From Methanobacteriota archaeon (GTDB lineage: Archaea; Thermoplasmatota; Thermoplasmata; SG8-5): a DNA stretch of 46,715 bases. Of the stretch, positions 33,945 to 42,300 are shown piece by piece (the first letter of the stretch is position 1; each line of letters opens with the position of its first letter). The notes beneath the pieces were generated by a model. That model was not told the DNA's origin. It did not search any database and was given only the letters and a program-made list of their open reading frames with translations. Location: contig DAOVAY010000001.1 in assembly GCA_030670795.1 (NCBI GenBank), positions 1 to 46,715 of the forward strand, in the 5' to 3' direction. The position numbers and the translations under genes are program-made.

Positions 33945-34718
33945 GTGGATGCCTTGCCGAAAATAGGAAGTGCACTTAAAAAAGCAGTCGAAATCAGATC
34001 TGAGACAGATGATGACTCCAAAACAAAAAGACGACCTGCCAGCGTTCTCATGAATCACAACCGCAGGGCGGTTTTTCAGGCACTGTGTTTCAGGCCGTGC
34101 CTAACCGTTTCCGCGATGACCTCCGCCCTATCATTATCAAGGGCGACGATTCTATGGCACCTGAAAACCCTGATGAAGGCCGACTACGTCGACGGAATAT
34201 CGGTCTATCGTAAAGACAGATATTTACCTGCTGGCTTGATTACAAGCGAAGACGACATGATTGTCTTCGCCCTCTTGAACGACGAGAAGTGCGGTGAGCT
34301 GTATCGGGCTGTAGTGGACAACCCTGGCAAGGACGCGAAAACGCTGGCCCGCATCACCGATAATCGTTCAATAAAATCATCTTTAAGGAGTCTCGAGGAC
34401 ACGAAATTGATAACCGCCGTCCGCGACGGGCGACACCTCCGTTACTTTCCGACAGACAAGGTAGAACAGCTGGCTCAATCTGAGCGCAGGAAAACCCTCG
34501 CGTTCCAAAACAACCTCCTGAAACGGCTGAAGGAAGAATATTTACATCCCACTCTCAGAGGTATAAAAGGCAGGGGATTGTTAATCAATCTCGAGGCAAT
34601 CGATGAGGACTCTTTCGTGTCAAATGCACGAAATGTTATTTCGGGAAGCGAACCGACCCGAAATAAGGCCAGCATCGAAATTCCTTATGACATCGTCGAT
34701 GTCTCGCTGTCGTCCTAA
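33945..34718 (+). CDS. Winged-helix (ArsR/TrmB-like) DNA-binding protein
   Basis: NRRAVFQALCFRPCLTVSAMTSALSLSRATILWHLKTLMKADYV is an HTH-like segment. The GTG start at 33945 is uncertain; an internal ATG (MNHNRR) is possible. Confidence 0.55.
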   Translation: MDALPKIGSALKKAVEIRSETDDDSKTKRRPASVLMNHNRRAVFQALCFRPCLTVSAMTSALSLSRATILWHLKTLMKADYVDGISVYRKDRYLPAGLITSEDDMIVFALLNDEKCGELYRAVVDNPGKDAKTLARITDNRSIKSSLRSLEDTKLITAVRDGRHLRYFPTDKVEQLAQSERRKTLAFQNNLLKRLKEEYLHPTLRGIKGRGLLINLEAIDEDSFVSNARNVISGSEPTRNKASIEIPYDIVDVSLSS

Positions 34719-34723
34719 ATTTA

Positions 34724-34931
34724 CTGTCGTCCCATAAACACCCTGTCCTTCAGGGCAGGGATAATGTAAGACGACAGCCAGAGGTGAGGCCGCCGTATGC
34801 TCATCGATAATCATGCATCGAAACTCAAAGCCAATAACTTCTGGTTTTGAGTAATCGAGCATATGGCTGCTTGAATGTAAACTTTCAGGCCAGGATAACA
34901 ACGCACGATCATTTATGGCCTAGTAGTTTAC
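34724..34931 (+). ncRNA. Candidate structured RNA / repeat element, copy 3 (shortest; lacks H6)
   Basis: Helices: H1 34724-34731/34770-34777, H2 34741-34748/34753-34760, H3 34792-34802/34857-34867, H4 34823-34833/34842-34852, H5 34877-34891/34917-34931 (with a 3-nt internal loop). Confidence 0.5.
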
Positions 34932-35057
34932 ATTTTTTTGTAACATAATATACTCAATCAGAGACTACATTGCTCAATTTCTTGTATAGAATATTGATAT
35001 ACTAACTTGTAGATAACTATACATAATAAAAAAGGGGCATGTGTAAAACGGAGTACC

Positions 35058-38000
35058 ATGACGCCTACAAAGAAACGTTTTACCGAGGATTTCATCTCCA
35101 AGTGGAGTAAAGCATCCAGTCCGGAGGAGGTTAACCGGACAGAAGAACTTTTGAAGCGGCAGGAGGCTCTTTTAAGAAAGGACCCGGACAATGCCAGGCT
35201 CTGGATGGCCTGCGGTGAAACCCTCCAGATACTCGGAAAGCACAGCGAGGCCCTGATAGCCTTCTTGAAGGCCAGGGAGTTGGAGCCGACCCTGCCCGGT
35301 CTGAAATTGTCTATTTCAAATGCCCAAGCGCGCGCCGGAAAGCCTGTCGAGGCGGTATCTGGCTATCTTTTGAGTTTACAGGAAGTTTGTGAGTCCATAG
35401 ACAGCCCCCACCTTCATAAACTCAAGGTCAGGGAAAGCGTCGACGACATACTGAAACAGATGTCCCGCGAGCTGTCTTCCGATCCCGAGCGTCAGAGAAA
35501 GGCACAGGCAGTCAACATCCTGACGGGAGTGCCGGGAATCGGCCACCTGAAGGCCAAGGTGCTTTTCGATGCCGGTTTCAGGTCAATCAAGGATTTGAAC
35601 GAGGCCAGTGTCGACGAGCTGGCCGAGGTCGAGGGCATAGGGCTCAAGACAGCCCAGAAGATTAAAATCGTGGTGACATTCCAGGAGAAGGCTGAGGGCA
35701 GACTGGAAGACATGCCGGGCGTCATAGGCCTGGACACCGACGAGAAAGAGGAAATGGAATGCCCCTTGTGTAAGACGATTTTGAGCGCGAGCTCCGCTGT
35801 CTGTTACGAGTGCGGCATGAAGTTCAAAGAGGCCGGCGATACAGAGGACGAGGACGACCTTCATGGACTGCTGGCCGAGTTCGACAGCATTTTGGCAGCA
35901 AAACCAGACGCCATCGCCACCTGGAATCAGAAAGGCGGCGTACTGACCAAGCTGGAAAGATATGAAGAAGCCATCAACGCATTCAACGAAGTTACTGTTA
36001 TCGACCCCAATTATCCAGGCGTCTGGAACATGAAGGCCGAGGTATTCACGAAGATGGGGGAACATCAGAAGGCCGCTTCTTGCTTCAAGCGGGCAATGGA
36101 GTTGGGCGTCGCCACGGCGGTATCGGAGGCGGCGGGTGAAGAGGTCGAGGAACTTCTTCATGAACTGGACACATTCGAGGACGATTCGGAAATAGACAAA
36201 GAAGTCTGGTTGTCCGAGCAGAGGGCGCTCCAGAAAGAGCTTCTGGACCTGGCAGAGGTCGACACGGACGATATCGACCTAGAACTGCCGTCACTGGACA
36301 AAGAAGAGGCGGAACTGCTCGACATCATCATGAAGGACGAGAAAACAGCGGCCGAGTCAGTTGAGGTTGAGATACCCGACATTGACGAAGAGGACATCAA
36401 GAAAATCGAGGAGATCACGAGGGCGCTGGATGAGGAGCGCGTCCCGCTGGCGCGCGTTGAGGAGGAGGTTACCCCAGAGGAGGTTGCGGCCATCGAAGCG
36501 GTCACGAAACCACTGGTGGGCAAGGCCCCGGAGCCAAAAGACCGGGGCATGACCAACGGGCTCGGGCGAGGCATGACTAACGGCCTCGCTAGAAAGGGGA
36601 TGATCAACGGCACCGGGCGCACGAACGGCCTGACGAATGGCGTGGGCAGAACCAATGGTATGACTAACGACCTCACTAACGGTCTGGGCAGGACAAATGG
36701 CTTGACCAATGGTGTTGGGCGTACAAATGGTCTCACCAACGGCCTGACGAATGGCCTGGGCAGGACAAATGGCTTGACCAACGGTGTTGGGCGTACAAAT
36801 GGTCTCACCAACGGCCTGACTAACGGCCTTACAAACGGAGTAACGAACGGTTTGACCAACGGCCTCAGGGCGCTCAAGTCCGGGATGACCAACGGGCTGA
36901 CGAACGGAACCGGCCTGACAAATGGTCTCGGCGGCAGACGATTCAGCAGGGAAGCCAGACGCAACAAATGGAAGTTGTACGTGATACCCTTGGTAACCAT
37001 GCTTATGCTGCTGGTTCCGATGGTTTCGACGACTGCCCCGCAACAAGAGCAGTTTCCGATCAACATAGACGGCGATTTCGCTGACTGGTCCAACGTGCAG
37101 TCGATTTCGTCGAACCCAGTGACGGGCACTTTCAACGCCAACGTTGACGTAACGAGCTGCGCGATGGAGAATAATCTGGAGAGATACCTCTCGTTCTGTG
37201 TCGATGTTGTGGGTATAATGTTCGCTGGCGAGCCGGTAACTCAAGAAGGTTATGTCGACGTCGTGCACATCCTCATAGACACCGACAACAACGACATGAC
37301 TGGCTATTCTGTTCGCGGCATCGGGGCGAACTACATGCTGAGCATAAGCGGATGGAACGGAGGAATCGTTTCTTCCTCGATTTCGGCGTATTCCGACATG
37401 ACAAACCAGGACAACTTCAACGGCTTTATATCGATGACGAACATCCGCGCGGAAATCAACGGCCAGCATCTCGAAACCCAGGTGGCGTGGTCTGCCATGG
37501 ACATTCTGGAGCCGACCGGCGTGACGGCAGTTGTTCACACCCAATCATGGAACGGGCACCACGACTTCTCTGACAGTTTCGTGACCAACGCCCTGACTAT
37601 AGCCAGCGCAACTCAAACCAGCCGGGCATCCGAGACGATGTCCGGGGCAAACCAACCGCTTCTTGATATCGGCATTACCGCGGTAAACGCGGACGTAGAT
37701 ATGGCGAACATTAGAGTTTCGTTGGTGGGCACATTCCAGCAAACCGACGTCGACGCCCTGCGCCTGATTGATTCCGCAGGGGCGGCGGTCTCTCAAATCA
37801 CCAATCCATCGCAAAACACAACATTGAGCATGGTAGGCACCTCAATTCCGAGAGGCCAGACATCCACATTCACTCTTCAAGCTGACATTTCCTCAAACGC
37901 GATTTTGGGCAGAACCATCGGAGCAAGGATCGAAAAGGCAGGCGACATCTCGCTCTTGAACGGCAGCGCGAGTCTGGTTACCATCGAAACCGCCAACGAC

Positions 38001-39263
38001 CTCGGTTACATCAGCGTCGTTCCCGGCAGCCCGATCGTCGACGGGGGATTTTCAGACTGGACATCAGAAAGCAGTGTCGACGGAGCAGGCGAATCAGGAT
38101 TGAGCCAGAGCGCCGACATAAGCAGGTACGGCGCCCAGAACGATGGCTCGAGTTTATTCTTCTATCTCAGTACGGCGGACGACATAATGGCCGGTTATTC
38201 TGTACCCTCCAGATCATCCCGTGCACCATCAGGTCAGACAACAACTACCACCACAGCTGCGGACAGTGACGGCGACGGCCTCTTGGATGACGAAGAGCCG
38301 GAAGAGTTCAGGTTTGACTTCGACAACGACGGCATTCCTGATACGGAGGATAACGACAAGGACAACGACGGAATACTGGACTACGGCTCGGGGGGAAACG
38401 ACACCGAGCTCTACAACCCGGTCACGAAAGCCACGAGGTTCATAGGGACTTACAGGCGTCCCGCAATTACTGGCTATGACACAGCCCGTATTTTCATAAA
38501 CTCGGATAACAACACCGCAACCGGGTATTCAGGAAACGGAATAGGCGCGGATTATATGCTCGAATTCCTCGGCAAGGGTGGGGTGGTAAAAGAGGCCACA
38601 TCTTACGTATTCTCGGGTGCTTACCAGGGATCTTGGAACTGGTCGGAATCCGGAGTGCTGGCCTATCAGAAGGATACGATGCAATTGGAGGCTTCGCTGA
38701 ACGTAGCGACAACATCTGACATCGAAGTGTGGTTCGAGACAACTGCTTGGAATGGGGATGAGGACACATCAGATGATGTTGTACATGCGGTACTAGTAAC
38801 ATTTGCCGTCAGGTCTGGCGGTGGGGGTGAAGGTGTGTTGGGACCGACCTTCCCGGTCATGGTCTATGGGGTGGTGAAAAACAGCACAGGCCCCGCACCG
38901 GACGGAACATGGGTCACCATAGTTGTCAAAGACAGTGGTGGCACGCCACAGGCCTGGTACAACACCACGACTTCCACGATTGACGGCACCCAAGGCAGGT
39001 TTGTCAGAACAGGAATATATGTTCAGGCGGGCTGGACAATAGAGCTCAATGTGTCATATACTTGGTCTGGCTCGACATACACTGGCACCAACGGCACGAC
39101 TGTGGTTTCTAATAAGTACCTCTATAATATGGATGTCAATACCACATCTGCAGTTATTCCAGAGTTCAGATTCATCATTTTACCAATACTGGCATTTATT
39201 CCGTTAATTTCAATGAGTAGACGAAGGAGAAATAAGAAAAGAGCGGGCGGTGGTCGAAAATGA
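35058..39263 (+). CDS. 1401-aa two-anchor envelope protein: cytoplasmic TPR + (HhH)2 + Zn-ribbon + TPR + acidic region + TNGL repeats, TM helix, ~750-aa extracellular region with Asp-rich Ca-binding-type repeats, and a PEF-CTERM-like tail
   Basis: No signal peptide. GVPGIGHLKAKVLFDAGF...VEGIGLKTAQKI (nt ~35514-35666); CPLCKT...CYECG (35760-35816). TM helix WKLYVIPLVTMLMLLVPMV is preceded by RRFSREARRNK. DSDGDGLLDDEEP...DNDGIPDTEDNDKDNDGILD lies at ~38260-38400. Confidence 0.8.
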   Translation: MTPTKKRFTEDFISKWSKASSPEEVNRTEELLKRQEALLRKDPDNARLWMACGETLQILGKHSEALIAFLKARELEPTLPGLKLSISNAQARAGKPVEAVSGYLLSLQEVCESIDSPHLHKLKVRESVDDILKQMSRELSSDPERQRKAQAVNILTGVPGIGHLKAKVLFDAGFRSIKDLNEASVDELAEVEGIGLKTAQKIKIVVTFQEKAEGRLEDMPGVIGLDTDEKEEMECPLCKTILSASSAVCYECGMKFKEAGDTEDEDDLHGLLAEFDSILAAKPDAIATWNQKGGVLTKLERYEEAINAFNEVTVIDPNYPGVWNMKAEVFTKMGEHQKAASCFKRAMELGVATAVSEAAGEEVEELLHELDTFEDDSEIDKEVWLSEQRALQKELLDLAEVDTDDIDLELPSLDKEEAELLDIIMKDEKTAAESVEVEIPDIDEEDIKKIEEITRALDEERVPLARVEEEVTPEEVAAIEAVTKPLVGKAPEPKDRGMTNGLGRGMTNGLARKGMINGTGRTNGLTNGVGRTNGMTNDLTNGLGRTNGLTNGVGRTNGLTNGLTNGLGRTNGLTNGVGRTNGLTNGLTNGLTNGVTNGLTNGLRALKSGMTNGLTNGTGLTNGLGGRRFSREARRNKWKLYVIPLVTMLMLLVPMVSTTAPQQEQFPINIDGDFADWSNVQSISSNPVTGTFNANVDVTSCAMENNLERYLSFCVDVVGIMFAGEPVTQEGYVDVVHILIDTDNNDMTGYSVRGIGANYMLSISGWNGGIVSSSISAYSDMTNQDNFNGFISMTNIRAEINGQHLETQVAWSAMDILEPTGVTAVVHTQSWNGHHDFSDSFVTNALTIASATQTSRASETMSGANQPLLDIGITAVNADVDMANIRVSLVGTFQQTDVDALRLIDSAGAAVSQITNPSQNTTLSMVGTSIPRGQTSTFTLQADISSNAILGRTIGARIEKAGDISLLNGSASLVTIETANDLGYISVVPGSPIVDGGFSDWTSESSVDGAGESGLSQSADISRYGAQNDGSSLFFYLSTADDIMAGYSVPSRSSRAPSGQTTTTTTAADSDGDGLLDDEEPEEFRFDFDNDGIPDTEDNDKDNDGILDYGSGGNDTELYNPVTKATRFIGTYRRPAITGYDTARIFINSDNNTATGYSGNGIGADYMLEFLGKGGVVKEATSYVFSGAYQGSWNWSESGVLAYQKDTMQLEASLNVATTSDIEVWFETTAWNGDEDTSDDVVHAVLVTFAVRSGGGGEGVLGPTFPVMVYGVVKNSTGPAPDGTWVTIVVKDSGGTPQAWYNTTTSTIDGTQGRFVRTGIYVQAGWTIELNVSYTWSGSTYTGTNGTTVVSNKYLYNMDVNTTSAVIPEFRFIILPILAFIPLISMSRRRRNKKRAGGGRK
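36540..36930 (+). repeat. In-frame tandem repeats encoding about 30 copies of a T/M-N-G-L/V-type tetra/pentapeptide, including a near-perfect 66-bp direct duplication
   Basis: ctgggcaggacaaatggcttgaccaa[t/c]ggtgttgggcgtacaaatggtctcaccaacggcctgac[g/t]aa[t/c]ggc occurs twice back to back (~36683-36814). Confidence 0.85.
39159..39263 (+). other. PEF-CTERM-like sorting signal (Pro-Glu-Phe, hydrophobic helix, Arg/Lys cluster)
   Basis: ...VIPEFRFIILPILAFIPLISMSRRRRNKKRAGGGRK*. The tripartite architecture resembles archaeosortase (ArtC-type) substrates as I recall them. Confidence 0.5.
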
Positions 39264-39303
39264 TATATACTACTCGTAACAATATAAATGAGGAGGAAAG
39301 AGG

Positions 39304-42300
39304 ATGAAGCAAGATAGAGTAATGTGGGCATCTAAAATCATATGCACAGTCGTTGTTCTGATGATGGTAACAGCAACGATTTTACCGCTTACCGTGGGAG
39401 ACACGCTCTACGAGATTACATCTGGCGAGGGCGATTCTGGAGCAGGCACAACTGCGCAGTTCGGCTGGAACGTATCAAAGGCCGGAGACGTAGACGGCGA
39501 TGGCACACCAGATATCATCGTTGGAGCACCTAATGCAGATTATGGTGGTAACACAGATTGCGGTGCGGCCTTCATTTTCTTCGGCTATGAAGGTATTGAA
39601 GATAGCGACCTCAATGCCAGCAGCGCAAACGTTTCTATTTATGGGGCCAACGCCGGCGACCACTTCGGTTGGGACGTGAGCGATGCGGGGGATGTCAATG
39701 GTAATTATGCCGACATCATAATTGGCGCACCCGATGCTCTGACCTACGGTACGGACAGGAATGGGAGTGCTTATATTTTCTATGGTAAAGGCCTGGACTG
39801 GGAGGCAGTGACCGACGATGGGGTCTGGGCTTTGTCTTCGACTGCGGCTAACGTCACCATCGATGGCGAGGCAGACGGCGACAGGTTCGGGGCGAGCGTG
39901 AGCTGTGCTGGCAATTATGATAATTTAGTTAATGATGATGTGATAGTGGGGGCGCCGAATGCTGATTCAGGAAAAGGCAGAGCCTACATATTCTATGATG
40001 GCTCCATGTCCACAAGTATCAGTGCAGCAAATGCAGATATAATCATGAATGGAAAACATGAAAATGGCAAATTCGGCACATCTGTTTCATCTGCTGGTGA
40101 CACAGATGGAGTTGGCGGCACAGAGGTTGTTGTTGGTGAGCCAGGTAGTGAAAGGGCGTATGTATATTATCCCCCCTCAGACCAGACTGCGAATGCTGAT
40201 GACCCGGCTAGCGGAACCGTGACGCCAAGCACGAATGGATATGTAAAGACACAAGCAAGCGATGATGATTATGAGATTTTGGAGGAGGAAGCAGGAGGCG
40301 GATCTTCCGTAATCTGGGATGATGATTTTGAGACCGATAAAGGATGGACTGGTTATGGAGGTGGTGGAGAATGGGAGCGAGCGGCTCCGAGTGGTCTTGG
40401 GGGTGAGCACGGGAATTCAGATCCAAGTGCAGACCATACAAGTGGTTCAGGGACGCTCTGTCTCGGGAATGACATCACAGGTGGAGGTACGTATCTAGGC
40501 GACTATGAGAATACCGGAGGAACCACCTACTGGATTACTTCGCCTTCGATAGATTTTACAGGGAAGACTAATGTTCACATGCGCTTCTGGCGCTACCTCA
40601 ACGTCGAGAACAGCGCCTATGACAATGCATACATTGAAACTCAGAACGGTGTAACAGGATGGACCCGCCTTTGGGACAACACAGACTTCCTCGTCACCGA
40701 TAATGTCTGGATTCAGGTAATATATGATGTGTCAACGATGGCTGATAACCAGAACGCTTTCCAGGTGCGTTTCGGTATCGATGGGGACAGTACCTGGTTC
40801 TTTTCGGGCTGGAACATAGACGATTTCGAACTACTAACTGGAACCTTGGCTACGTATGATTATTCCTCTGGTTACAACACGGACAAGTGGTCTTATGATA
40901 AGTCAAACGAGGCTGTCCGACCACCTGGCTCTGGTCCTGCCGTTGCCGGGGAAGCAGCATTCACAAGTGCCAACATTGCTGGAACCGATAATATCCGATA
41001 CTCAACCACTATCACTGCAGGAACCTATAGCTTTCAACGCTTCGAGATCAACATTGCCGAGAATCCTGCAAACATTGATGGACTCTACCTGGAGTATGAG
41101 GGCGGTGCTTCAGGAACAGCTACTGGGACCAACGGCTACATGTGGAACTTCACTTCTGGAGCATGGGAGGTCTGGGCAAACACCCCAATGTATGTTGGTG
41201 GTGATACCGCGTCAGACGTTTCTTATTTGAATGGATTCTCAAACTATATCAGCGGTGGGAAGCTTTACTTTCTGGCCGAGTGTGGTGCATCTGATGTAGG
41301 GATAACACATCGTACCGATCATGTCCAGGTTCAAATATTCACCGAGAGTGCAATTTCAACTAGCAAACTAGAGCACAAATGGACAATTCCTGTAACCACA
41401 GGCGGCACATTCTACCTAGAAGCGAATCGAACAGACAAAGGCGAGGGCGACACATTAGATTTCTATTACTCGCTCACAGGCACTGGCACAGTGGGAGACA
41501 CTGGTGCTGGATGGGTCTCGATGATGGGCCAGATCACGATTCCAACAACTGGTGACCCAGACAGCTACCAAACCTATTCAGACTCAACCCTGGACACCCA
41601 CACAGGCCCTTTGTATATTGGAGTTGTTGACGCAGACAGAACAGGTGACAACACTTTGAAAGATGTGCTATGTGTTGATCATATGTTTGTTCGAGGGATA
41701 TCTTTCAAAGAACTTATTGGAGAAAGAGTAACCCAGAGCACAGATTATACGGCGACAGCAGATACTGCTGTAACTGGCACAGTTACAAACACCTACGCCA
41801 AAACCCAGGCAACAGATGATGATTATGAATCAATACAGGAAGTATCTGTTGCAGCCACATATGATTATGATTATACAACAGACGAAGTGTTTACCCAGTC
41901 TGAGTCTCACACAAACGACCACACAGCCACGCAAGCGCTTGGGGGGAACACCGAGGATATTGTTGAGCTGAGTATGCCTGGTGGTGGAAACGAATATCTA
42001 TACGTTGACGGTTGGGGCAGCGAAAGAACAGCCTGGACAGAAGCTGGCAATGCGCCTTACCTGAATGCACAAGATGAGCCTACACATATCATTAGCACGA
42101 CAAGTGATGGTGCACAGAGCGGAGATTACACATTCCAGAATAGTGCTATTACAGGGACCTTTTCGAGTTCGCAGGTCGAATTCTATGCTAACAATGATGA
42201 TGGTGCGGCTAATGATGAATTCCTCGTATACATTCACGATGGCACTTCGTGGAATTACATTGGCACGGTTCAACCAACAGGTACTATATATGCATGGTTT

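Noticed and set aside
34932-35057. Recurrent atatact[ca]a motifs (34949-34957, 34996-35004) and aactatacataat upstream of the 1401-aa gene, considered as possible operator sites.
   Set aside because: The region is very AT-rich, so short matches are expected by chance. There is no dyad symmetry, and I cannot separate the motifs from ordinary TATA/BRE-like promoter sequence.
36540-36930. Regular short repeats that might be mistaken for a CRISPR array or a satellite.
   Set aside because: The repeats are in frame within a long ORF. The units are 12-15 nt (with a 66-bp higher-order duplication) and have no unique spacers.
36158-37544. Two long - strand ORFs (327 and 395 aa) with repetitive sequence.
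   Set aside because: They lie opposite the TNGL repeat and acidic tract of the 1401-aa gene. The repeat codon structure simply lacks stops on the reverse strand, and the sense gene has coherent domain and topology logic.
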